This document shows, piece by piece, positions 53,101 through 64,000 of a DNA stretch of 64,000 bases. Positions within the stretch are counted from its first letter, which is position 1; every line of letters starts with the position of its first letter. Source of the stretch: Owenia fusiformis (Eukaryota); the NCBI GenBank assembly GCA_903813345.2, contig CAIIXF020000001.1, positions 30,194,001-30,258,000 on the forward strand, read 5' to 3'. The position numbers and the translations under genes are program-made. The notes beneath the pieces were generated by a model. That model did no database searches. It was not told where the DNA came from and saw only the letters and a list, made by a program, of their open reading frames with translations.

Positions 53101-56100
53101 TTAGTTTGTTTTGACATAGTCACCAAATGCAATATCTTTCTGTTTCAAATGCACTGGTGATCCACTCGATTACGCTGGTTACCGAAATGGTTCGTTTTGG
53201 TAACAAAATTTCGGAACGTTGAAGGTACGATTTTTCTCTTTTCCTTATTTCACACGTTGTAGGCAGAATTCCCACGTCATTTTTAACACAAATTTGTATC
53301 AGTATCATATGTTTTAGAAAATGTACACGAACAAATAGTTCAGAAGACAACAGAATCGTCGATTTAATTCTTCACTTAAGTTACATAAACGGTTTTTCGA
53401 AAAACAGTTAAGATCTGCACTTTTACCCAAAACCGTTTATGTAACTTAGTGAGGAATTAAATCGAAGATTCTGTTGTCTTCTGAGCTATTTTTTCGCAAA
53501 CATGAACATTTTCTAAAACATATGATACTGATATACGTTTGTGAGAAAAAACGTCGTGGGGATTCTGCTACAACGCGTGAAATAAGGAAAAAAGAAAAAT
53601 CGTACCTTTGACGTTCCGACATTTTGTTACCAAAACGAACCATTTTGGTAACCAGCGTAATCTAGTGGATCACCAGTGAAATGCTTCTATATGCCTTTCT
53701 TATCATAGATGTAAATGACAAACCACAATTTATATTAATTTAAATATCCTTTTTGAAATAAATATATGTTCTCTATTTTTATGTTTATAGATGAGGAAGA
53801 GGCTATGGTATACAGGATCTCGTAAGTTGTTTTTTCTTCACTCAAAAAAGTAAAAGCCTTTTACCAAAAGAAATGGGGGAAAATATGAATAAAAGAACTC
53901 CATGAGAGAAAAATATATTAATATACAACATTAGATTTAGGTAACCAAATTGTCCTTCACTGTTCAAAATATGATATCTCAAACATGCATATGGATATCC
54001 ATGTTTATTATTATGAGGGCAAAAATGTTAAAAATTAAGAGTCTGCCCCCTAGCCGTATTCTTCTCTCTTGTGGAGTTCATGTTTTCAGGCAGGTCTAAA
54101 GTGCTTTATTTGTACATTGGACAAAGATATACTGAATGAGATAGCACTTTCAAAATGTTGTTGTCTAGAGATCTGATAGTACCTTAAATAATTGATTGCC
54201 CAATATTAGAACAAGCTCTGGTTAACAAATTTTGCAAGTATTTTCACTGAATGTTATTTGATGTAGATTGTCTTATTCAGTTTGTACTGAATGCCTCACT
54301 ATGATCTCTTAAGAGAATATACCACCAGTTTAACACACTCTGTAGGTCAAGATAAAAAATCCTATTTACACAGAGATATAACCAAAATACATCAATTAAG
54401 TAAGACATGTTTGTGGTTGCTTAGTTATCATAAAACAACTTAACACTCATCAAGGAGGCATAGTATCAAAACAAGGTGGCTCTTCACAACCTCTTTGTAG
54501 TGTGCATTTGATTGCAAAGTACATGAATAATCATTCTTACTTGAACTAATGAACTATTAGGAGTGTCAAAAAGTATATTACAAAATATAGTAATTCGAAA
54601 TGGCCAACATCTTTTCATGAAAGTCTCACTTTGTAGCTTTTATACAAAATTGCAAATATTCAATTTTAGACTGAAACACTCTTCGACATCAACATTTTTA
54701 ATTCACTTTTTGTTGAAGCAGCATTCCCTTCTGATATCTGCATCATAATTATTTACTAACTGCATGTTAAGTTCAATCGTGGCGCTACAAACAAATTCAA
54801 TACATTTGCAATGTAACATGTTTTACCTATTGAAGTATCTACTTAGTGAGTTGTGTTGTAGGTTATGGATCTGCACCTACACACTTGCTGTATCTGCTGG
54901 TGCAGTTTTGCTGCTTCCTATATCTATAGTGAGCAACGAAGTCCTCATCTGGTACCCTAAGAGTTACTATGTCAAGTGGCTGAATAGTTCTCTCATACAT
55001 GGTAAGTAAAATAAACCACAATACAGGGTATGGTTCTGGAAATGTACGGTAAAAGTATGTAAAGGGCCCCCTAAAACCACTTCAAAATCCAATCTTTAAA
55101 CTTTGTAAAATGTGTGTGTGTGCAGAGTACATTGTAATTCTGAAACTGTCCATGCAGATACATACACAATTATACATATGTATGTATGTTTTATTCCAGG
55201 TCTTTGGAACTATATCTTCCTGCTGTCAAATCTAGCATTGTTCATCCTGATGCCATTTGCCTACTTTTTCACTGAATCAGAGGGATTTTCAGGCTCTAAG
55301 AAGGTATGATATGCTCAGTTTAAACTATACAAGCATGTTTTTGTTTTAAACGTGCAAAAATATAATTTATAATTACTGTTGACCTACCTACAAGAGAAAA
55401 TGAAAATAAACAATCTAAAATGTCAGTGCTGTCATATTTCAGGGTATAATGGCCAGAGTGTATGAATCACTGGTGTTACTGTGCTCTCATATTTCAGGGT
55501 ATAATGGCCAGAGTGTATGAATCACTGGTGTAACTGTGCTCTCATATTTCAGGGTATAATGGCCAGAGTGTATGAATCACTCGTGTTACTGTGCTCTCAT
55601 ATTTCAGGGTATAATGTCCAGAGTGTATGAATCACTGGTGTTACTGTACTCTCATATTTCAGGGTATAATGGCCAGAGTGTATGAATCACTGGTGTTACT
55701 GTGCTCTCATATTTCAGGGTATAATGGCCACAGTGTATGAATCACTGGTGTAACTGCGCTCTCATATTTCAGGGTATAATGGCCAGAGTGTATGAATCAC
55801 TGGTGTTACTGTGCTCTCATATTTCAGGGTATAATGGCCAGAGTGTATGAATCACTGGTGTAACTGTGCTCTCATATTTCAGGGTATAATGGCCAGAGTG
55901 TATGAATCACTGGTGTTACTGTGCTCTCATATTTCAGGGTATAATGTCCAGAGTGTATGAATCACTGGTGTTACTGTACTCTCATATTTCAGGGTATAAT
56001 GGCCAGAGTGTATGAATCACTGGTGTTACTGTGCTCTCATATTTCAGGGTATAATGGCCAGAGTGTATGAATCACTGGTGTAACTGCGCTCTCATATTTC

Positions 56101-59100
56101 AGGGTATAATGGCCAGAGTGTATGAATCACTGGTGTTACTGTGCTCTCATATTTCAGGGTATAATGGCCAGAGTGTATGAATCACTGGTGTTACTGTACT
56201 CTCATATTTCAGGGTATAATGGCCAGCGTGTATGAATCACTGGTGTTACTGTGGTCTCATATTTCAGGGTATAATGGCCAAAGTGTATGAATCACTGGTG
56301 TTACTGTGCTCTCATATTTCAGGGTATAATGGCCAGAGTGTATGAATCACTGGTGTAACTGTACTCTGATATTTCAGGGTATAATGGCCAGAGTGTATGA
56401 ATCACTGATGTTACTGTACTCTCATATTTCAGGGTATAATAGCCAGAGTGTATGAATCACTGGTGTTACTGTACGCTCATATTTCAGGGTATAATGGCCA
56501 GAGTGTATGAATCACTGGTGTTACTGTGCTCTCATATTTCAGGGTATAATGGCCAGAGTGTATGAATCACTGGTGTTACTGTACTCTAATATTTCAGGGT
56601 ATAATGGCCAGAGTGTATGAATCACTGGTGTTACTGTGCTCTCATATTTCAGGGTATAATGGCCAGAGACTATGAATCACTGGTGTTACTGTGCTCTCAT
56701 ATTTCAGGGTATAATGGCCAGAGTGTATGAATCACCGGTGTTACTGTGCTCTCATATTTTAGGGTATAATGGCCAGAGTGTATGAATCACTGGTGTTACT
56801 GTGCTCTCATATTTTAGGGTATAATGGCCAGAGTGTATGAATCACTGGTGTTACTGTGCCTCCTGGCTATCCTAGTGTTTGGTCTGGCATGGGTCGCCTT
56901 GGCTCTTATTGACAAAGATACATCTAGCAGGAAGGCTCTGTGGCGTAAGTCTACTAAGAATGGCTATTAACAAGAAGTGTTTCAATAAATTGTTTAATGT
57001 CAAATTTATTTGTTAATGTGTGTTAAAAGGGAAGGGGTTGACTTCAAAATGTATACAAATTGATGATCATTTAATAGACCCCCAAAAAGAATTGTAGGAA
57101 AGTCACCAAATAATTTGAAAAATGTCTAATCACCCAGTATAGGTAATCAATCAACCAAGCCCTACTATGTTCCTTTATGTTTCAGATGTTTGGAGTTTCT
57201 ATCTGCCCCTGCTGTACTCATTTATCTCCCTGTTGGGGGTCCTCATGCTGCTGATCTGTACCCCAGTGGGATTTGCTCGACTCTTCACTGTCATGGGTCA
57301 ACTTGTTGTCAAGCCACAGTTTTTACAAGACATCGAAGAGGAGATTAACACAGCGAGATTTGAAGAAGAGACTTTACATAGAAAATTGCAGTATAAAGGT
57401 ACTTGAAATAGTATGATAAGTAGGGGCTCTCAGAGTATACAGTATACCTGTATAGCTCGGCGGTAGCACAGGTACCTCTTACGCAATAGGTCCCGGATTT
57501 GATCCCTGTTAATTTGCTTGTTTGCGTAAAGTATTTCAGGGTATTTGACTGAGTGAGCAATAACTTGTACAAAAGGCTGTGGTGTGTACTTGTATGTCTA
57601 TGTATATGTGCGCATAAAAGAACACAGGGCTCCTTCTTCCAGGCTAATTATTACGCTAATTAAGACCGTATATATACAGGATATACCCAAGAGGTATTGC
57701 TCACCTCCATTGGTGGTAAACAAAATACAATAAAAGTGTACTTTGGAACACCATATATAGTTGTTTCTTTATTCTTTATTAATAGTTCTCAAAGATGAAG
57801 TCAAGAATTATTATCCCAACGAACGAAGTTCGGTAGGGATATAGTGAAGCCCTCCGTCCGTCAGTCAGTCCGTCAGTCCGTCCGTCTGTCCGTCCGTCCG
57901 TCCGTCTGTCCGTCCGGAAGATAACTCGAATACTAGTAGACGGATTTTCTTTATATTTAGTGGAAAGATGCATATTGGTGAATAGTTTTACGCAAAAAAA
58001 AAAATTGTCAAGATGGCCGCCGCTTTAAAAATGACGGGACTTTTTCGCATAAATCATAAATTGTTCATTCTAAACCAAAGTAATTAATATTATTGTTTGA
58101 AATTTTGGTGGTTTATTCACAACATTTATCTATTTCACATATATTCCGTGTTTTTCATCCTGACCCCCAGGGGCCGTGTATGGGGGGTCAGGAAAACAGA
58201 AATTTTCGCTAATTTTTAGATCTTTCTGAAGTATAGCTTTATTATACTCAAATGAAAGGCAATTAAGAGTAGATTGCAAATATTGTATCTTTTTTCTGAT
58301 TCGAGCCTCGTAAAATTCAAAATGGCCGTCTAATGTACGATTTCGCAATTCTAAAATCTAATTTTTTTTCAATTTTAACCAAAGTAATGAGTATAATTGA
58401 TTGGAATTCGGTAATTGATATTTTGTTCGTTGGGATTTGCTACTCCGCAGAGTTGCCGTTATCTAGTTTTTCAATCAATTAATGAAGTAACAATGATATT
58501 TATTTGAAATGTTATAATATGTTTGATTTCTATGTAATTTTAGTGAGGCACACAATAGCCAATGGAACAAACAGTGTCCAAGAGATTGAAGAGAAATTAA
58601 CAGAAGTCCAAGAAGACAGAAGAAAACTTGGTAAATAATCAAATTTAGTATAATGTAATGTTATAAATAATTAGAGGTTATGTCACTATCGTGGCATATA
58701 TGCCCGAGGTCTCAGTGATATATGGCCCGACCTTGGGAGGGACATTGATCTCTGAGAACCGAGGGCATATGTGCCACGATAGTGACATAAACGATTTATA
58801 ACATACCTATGATGATGTAGACTGGTCAGAGAGTACCGTTTTCTTATAGAATTGACAAACAAATGGTTGAAATGAGTTTAGAAAAATTGCTCGTGCAGTT
58901 TTATCTTCGATTGATTGGTTATGACGTCAGCGCCTTGATCAATCAGAAAGTTAGCGGGCGCGGGCTTTTCAAAACTTATATTGGCCCGCTGTCTTGTGTA
59001 CACTTTGCACTATACATCATCATAGGTATGTTATAATAGATATTATAAATAATGCCATTTTTAATCCATCCAAAAGTTCCTACTAAAATTTGAAGACACT

Positions 59101-61723
59101 GTATAATTGAATGTATGTTTTTGAGAAAGGTTTATTAAAATCTGCCTAATGAAAAATCTAGCATTCCAATCATTTTTTGTGGCGGAAATTATTCTTTATT
59201 AGTAAGAACTGCTGATGGAATTGTAATTAATTAATGGTTTGTTGTAAAGTGTGTAAATAAAAGTACTCCATTTGAAGTTTTTTATTGCGAATATTGACAA
59301 TAATTTTAGAAAAACGGAAAAAGGTGTCAGCCCTTAGGCGCAACTTGGGTTACCCACTGATGATGATCTTACTTTTAGCTTTAACAGTAAGTATGTGATT
59401 ATGTTGCAATCTAAACAATACAGTGAAGATTCACATTTTAACAAGAAACTCTCTCTTGAACATTGATTTCTGTAACTAAATACTCTACAGTCGACATTGT
59501 CTTTGTAACTGGACCCTCTAAATAACATTTGCTTTGCAACCATATCTTCCAGAGTGAACATTATTTATCTGTCTATCTTTATATATTACTTATGATATAT
59601 TTTGGCTCATATTTTGGTATTGGAAAAGAATATCTCAACTTGTTTGTACATGTGGAAGATAATTTTGATGTTACTTTTACAAGGTTATCTCAAATTCTTG
59701 TCTAGAAAAATGGTTTTGCAAGTATCTTATTATACTTTGATTTAGTGTTTGTTTTTATTGCAGGCTGTATCTGTGTTAATAGTGGTTCAGAATTCCATAG
59801 AACTGTTATTAGGAGGAAAGGAGTTACCTGTAGGCAAAAAGGTATACTTAACAATATTATATAAATATTTAATTCTATTGAGGTGAATACCTGTTCATCT
59901 TTCACAAGTGATATTCCATGAAGCCCGAAGGGCTATTGGGATATCATCTTGTGAAAGTGTCACAGATATTCACTGAAAATAGAATTAAATATTTGTTTTA
60001 TTATTCACTCAGTTATATTTCTCACTCATATAAATGGAATAACAAACTATTGATGTCTAATAAATCATAACAATGTACCCTGGGGCTATATAAAATTCAA
60101 GTTAAACGGGACTAAGTCTTGACTGTTGAATATCATTTCATATTCAATGGAATTCACGTAACTTCCATTGAATATCACTTGTTATTTTTTAGTCATGTGT
60201 AGGACATGGACAATCAGAGAGTGAGTAATATGACAGTGAAATAATAAACATATATATTTCATCATCAGAAGCTTAAATATGTAGCTACTATTACATGTAA
60301 TTTTTAGGCAGTAATTAATAAAATTCAGAGAAATTGCATTTTTATACAGAATATGATTTTCCATTTCCAGCGATAGAAAAACTGAATTTTATAAACTGTA
60401 GCATGCACAAATATTATGTTTGAACTATATTTGCAGGACACAGTATTAGGCAAGTCCTCTTTGGTGGCACTCGGTCCAATTGGAGCAGCATTTGAAATTG
60501 TACTGATTCTGTATCCTTTACTAATCAATTTTACTACACATGATGTTAAAATAAAATGGGAATGCCTATATGATATTCCTAAAGATGAAAAAGAAAACAA
60601 GAAAAACAAAAACAAAAATTATAATCATTAATTATGTTATTAGTGTCATTGAAAAAAATCAGAAATAAAAAAAAGAAAAAGATTAACAGATTATTAATTC
60701 ATTAGAATACACATAGCTCAGTTATATATTCTTAACTCTGCCCAGCTACTTTATGTTAGCCTCTGTTGTTGGCTTCTATAGTTTACCAGTATTTTCCCGT
60801 CTACGCCCTTTATTGCATGATACAACAATTACGAAAATCATAGGCAACTGCGTAGTCTTACTTGTACTAAGTTCAGCTCTCCCAGTATTATCACGAGCAT
60901 TGGGTAAGAAAATATGTTCACCTACTTTTCAATGAGATAACTTGGGGTTAATGATACTTATTCAAATTGCAGTGCAAGAAATCAATGAAATAGTCCCAAA
61001 ATTTGGGAAATTGATACATGTGCATCAGTGATTCATTTATGATGAATAAGATATTTCATGGAAAAAATTGCCAGATCACTACAAATGTAAAGAGATGGAG
61101 CAATACTCATAAAGCAAGTGAATATGATACTCTAGAAGCTAAAGTTAAAGTAGACCTAAAAAGTCCAGATTTTCAACATTTGACTATCAGCTTTCTTATT
61201 GGTACCATACACTATGAGGGATACTTTTAATAACATCACTCACAGAGTACAATAGAGGGATACATTAAAAAGTAACAATAGTTCTCATGTATTAGGTGTG
61301 CCAAAAAAGGTAAAAGTTACGTTCATGTTAATATATTTTGTCTCATTCATTGTATAACCAAAAAATTATATTCTTTCAGGAATCACAAATTTTGATCTTT
61401 TGGGAGACTTTGGAAAAATTGACTGGTTAGGAAACATGGAAATAATATTGACATACAACCTGATATTTGGAGTGGCGACATCTTTATGTCTGGTTAAAAA
61501 ATTCACATTATCCATTCGACAAGAAATCTATAGAAGATTAGGAATGGCATTCCGTAGAGAACAAAAACGTACAACGTCACTGAATATAAATGGTAGCGCT
61601 GTAAAGGACCAATCACATCCAAGCAACGGCTTCACATCCCCAAATAATGGGACAAATGGCACAATACAACTGAGTTCAACGATCACAATGAATGGAAACA
61701 CAACTCACGACAAAAATGAATAG
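41123..61723 (+). CDS. LMBR1: Limb region 1 / LMBR1-family multipass membrane protein, 13 exons, ~533 aa
   Basis: Exons: 41123-41188 (MEEDIVATLREQDFHNAVREYI), 46963-47065, 53791-53821, 54862-55001 (TLAVSAGAVLLLPISIVSNE…YYVKWLNSSLIHG), 55200-55303 (LWNYIFLLSNLALFILMPFAYFFTESEGFSGSKK), 56818-56944, 57186-57398, 58544-58630, 59310-59386, 59764-59841, 60437-60510, 60746-60903, 61380-61723 (GITNFDLLGDFGKIDWLGN). All phases are consistent, totalling 1602 nt. A single invertebrate gene would be co-orthologous to vertebrate LMBR1 and LMBR1L. Confidence 0.95.
41421..41690. repeat. Direct duplication (~171-bp period) in LMBR1 intron 1
   Basis: TTATCCCGTGCCAGGACTATAGTCCTG…CTTTTGCCTGTACGATTAC…ATGGGAGAAT at ~41421 and ~41592. 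Confidence 0.75.
45127..45697. mobile_element. Hairpin-ended element flanked by a 78-bp exact direct repeat
   Basis: ~145-bp palindrome centred on GCGAAGC (45199-45205). Terminal IR ATCACACGTTTCAGC. Flanks 45049-45126 and 45698-45775 are identical. Confidence 0.75.
47484..48384. mobile_element. PIF/Harbinger-type non-autonomous element
   Basis: TIR TGCCTAAGTCACATTTGCT / AGCAAATGTGACCCAGGCA with TAA TSD. Confidence 0.8.
49998..51414 (-). mobile_element. Helentron/pearl(CvA)-like element carrying a central ~126-bp tandem array (~7-8 units)
   Basis: Subterminal IR ATCCCATCG / CGATGGGAT and (CCGT)n. Units AAAATGGCCGCCATTTTAAC…AACTCGAAAAGTAGTG…GACACTTTTGGTAGAAGG run from ~50340 to 51330. Confidence 0.8.
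53152..53678. mobile_element. Transib-like non-autonomous fold-back element
   Basis: CACTGGTGATCCACT…AGTGGATCACCAGTG termini with ~245-bp imperfect inverted arms. 5-bp TSD AAATG at 53147-53151 and 53679-53683. Confidence 0.75.
55432..56860 (+). repeat. 55-bp minisatellite, 26 copies, made of the LMBR1 intron-5 acceptor plus the start of exon 6
   Basis: Unit TCTCATATTTCAG|GGTATAATGGCCAGAGTGTATGAATCACTGGTGTTACTGTGC. AG| positions fall every 55 bp from 55443 to 56818, and only the last copy continues into coding sequence. Confidence 0.95.
57809..58468 (-). mobile_element. Helentron/DINE-1/pearl-like element (inverted copy of the 26435-27218 family)
   Basis: ATCCCAACGAACGAAGTTC…(CCGT)n…TTCGTTGGGATTTGCTACTCCG…TCTAGTT. 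Confidence 0.75.
58675..59036. mobile_element. Hairpin-ended non-autonomous element
   Basis: Palindrome TTATGTCACTATCGTGGCA…TGCCACGATAGTGACATAA, followed by the IR ATAACATACCTATGATGATGTA / TACATCATCATAGGTATGTTAT. Confidence 0.7.
60511..60745 (+). other. U12-type (minor spliceosome) GT-AG intron in LMBR1
   Basis: Donor |GTATCCTTT. Branch site TTCTTAAC (60729-60736) lies ~8 nt before the AG with no long pyrimidine tract. Phase 2 restores the reading frame. Confidence 0.88.
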
Positions 61724-62790
61724 TTGGATATAATAAAGGAGGTGCTTGGATAACAAAATATGCTTAAAATCTCAAAAAACTGAAGTTAGAACAGGGGAAC
61801 ATTTCGGAGACAGTATTATATGTTTTGTGTGTGTTTATCCATAAATGACTAACTTAACCAGGTCATTTGTATAAAACTATGTAGCGAAACATTTCGAATG
61901 GTGAAAGAGCTAGAGAACTTGGGCCAGTGCTTTAATATTAATGAAGTGCCAATTTGATATTAGTAGGTCACCTATAAGGTCAGTATGTGAATGTGCTAGA
62001 TATTATGTAATGACATCCACTTGAATAGCTTAAAATAAATTGAAAGAATTCCTCTTGGCATTCAGGCAGAGGTAAAGCATAATAAATATATCAACAATAT
62101 TATGTCAGTCATTGGTTTCAAATATATTTCAAATATAAAATATATATGAAGTATAAACAATTCTGAAATAGATTTGCTTAAAAGCATCATTATAAGATCA
62201 TAATGAGATCCCCAGTATGCCTAACTAGTAATTGTGAAAGTAAAAATGTCTGAAATGTTGTTAAACACTTCTGATTTGAGGGGACTGTACTTGGTAGTGT
62301 TTGATTGCTACTACATGTATTTCATTTATGCATTCTACTGCAGCCTTAACCATTGTAGTATTACAAGAATGGCCTCTGTTTGGTGATTGACATGTATACA
62401 ATGAAACTATATTCAGTCATAATGTTATATAGTCAATATAGAATCTGTGGAACTGGTTAAAATGATCTAACAATGCAATTTCTCTATATATAAATCTTCA
62501 TATGGTGCTATCCTGTGGGGTGTGAATATGTTCTTTTTTCTCATGTTATATTGTGATATGACTGAAATCTGTGTAAAATACAATTCCTCTCTGGCTACAT
62601 TAGGAGCAGAAAGTGCAGCATTTTGATCAATATAAACACAACATATGTGTAGTTCATTTTGTTTAGATCTCATTCACAAGAATATTCAGAGCTACATTCT
62701 ATTTCCATTTTCTTTCTTCATGACGGTTAAGAAATAAAGAGAAGTCTTGAGTAATGAAGTATGAAACCATGGTTTGACGTTTTATGCTAA

Positions 62791-62946
62791 AGGCCCATAG
62801 CCAGGATTTGTCAAAGGGGTTCACTTTCTGAAAAATTCCAGGGGGGTTCACTTTTGAAAATAACTTTAAAAGTGCTCAGAATGGTGAAAAACTGCATGAT
62901 ATTGAAAGAATTTTTGGCCATCGAACCCCCCCTGGCTACGGGCCTG
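62791..62946. mobile_element. Short MITE family (hAT-like termini); related copies at ~21283, 23354-23560 and ~30230-30410
   Basis: AGGCCCATAGCCAGG…CCTGGCTACGGGCCTG with shared internal AGAATGGTGAAAAACTGCATGAT. Confidence 0.6.
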
Positions 62947-64000
62947 TAATGGTTACATGTCTGACCATGATCATTGTACTTTGTTCTTCTACAGGGTGTC
63001 TCATAATGACCACCCCCCTTCAATCTGAGGATTGGCTGCTAATATGGGTCAGTCATTATCCATCACCTTGTATAAATGATTTACACTTGAAGGCACAGCT
63101 GTATATTCATCCATTTTTACTAGAAATCCAGATGTTGAAATCATAATTGATAAGTGAAAACTTAACTTGTCTATAAATTCATGTAATACTAAAATGTCTG
63201 CATTCTGTTATGAAAAAATTATAATTGTCATGCTGTATGCCGAAGGGGCTAATAATCTTGGAAATACAATACATATCATGTTATTTCAGATTGACATTTT
63301 TCTGTTCCAAGTTCAAGTGTATGAGATTTTTGTTTAGTGTAATAAACTTTGTTGTTCAAATTAACTGTGAAATGCATGTAGAAAAATATATGCAAAATTG
63401 CATTATGTACAGTATCTGTTAAAAAAGCATATACTTGTTCATATTTGTGTAGTCTTTGTAATAATGTATAGAATATTTGTAAAAATGTTTTTGCTTAATA
63501 GCAATGTTAAATACATCTGATGTTTAATACTGAGATTTTTTTATAAAAAAAAAGTTTAAAACAATTTCAGAATGCTTTGTTTTGTACTTTATGTCAGTGG
63601 CTGCAATTTTAATACCTACAAGTGAATTTATGAATTTTGGATAGGATATTCTATGATTTTGAGTGATATCATTTTTATTCATGAGTATCTGGATGAGTGA
63701 GTGTAGCAAAAGATTGCAGATATTGATATCAATGTGTGGATTAAAAGAATATCACAAAAATTCATAGGACGTTCTATTTATCACATAGTTCACCTACGAA
63801 ACTAAACTACAAGTATTTCAATTTAACATTCATTTATCACATGACGTCATGAAATCACCACTTAACAATACACATCACACTGGTGGGATTTTTCAAATCT
63901 ATGGAAGAAATGATATCCTTGGAATATTCTCCTGATTCCACAGATATCGCTTTTCCCATGGATTTGCAAAATATCATAAATATATTTACATGTCATCATA

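Noticed and set aside
55432..56860. CRISPR-like array
   Set aside because: Contiguous 55-bp tandem units with no unique spacers, in a eukaryotic intron. The unit derives from the LMBR1 splice junction.

Overview
AT-rich, transposon-dense animal genomic DNA with spliceosomal introns. It is probably from a marine invertebrate; a lophotrochozoan origin is my inference from the repeat families and frequent TACATGTA. Two multi-exon genes lie head-to-head. (1) Minus strand, 33147->6375 and apparently continuing beyond: a ~40-exon, >2000-aa Roco-family gene. I rebuilt it by hand from splice phases as LRR(CC-type) - degenerate ROC - COR (with a duplicated N-COR motif) - Cys-rich Zn module - SPRY-like/MBT-like segments - LRR - second ROC with an intact P-loop. 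The first ROC carries, between its G4- and G5-equivalent segments, a complete dynein heavy-chain microtubule-binding domain (MTBD). The first MTBD exon is tandemly duplicated as a probable mutually exclusive pair. This is the most striking observation in the window. (2) Plus strand, 41123->61723: LMBR1 (13 exons, ~533 aa). It has a U12-type intron, and a 26-copy, 55-bp minisatellite of its own splice acceptor fills the intron positionally equivalent to the vertebrate ZRS intron. The window also holds a minisatellite-like array of 10 C2H2 zinc fingers, two 5'-truncated non-LTR retrotransposons with TSDs, a decayed mariner, Transib-, Harbinger- and Helentron-like non-autonomous elements, and several long-hairpin elements. 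All domain assignments are by eye from motif recall; no searches were run.
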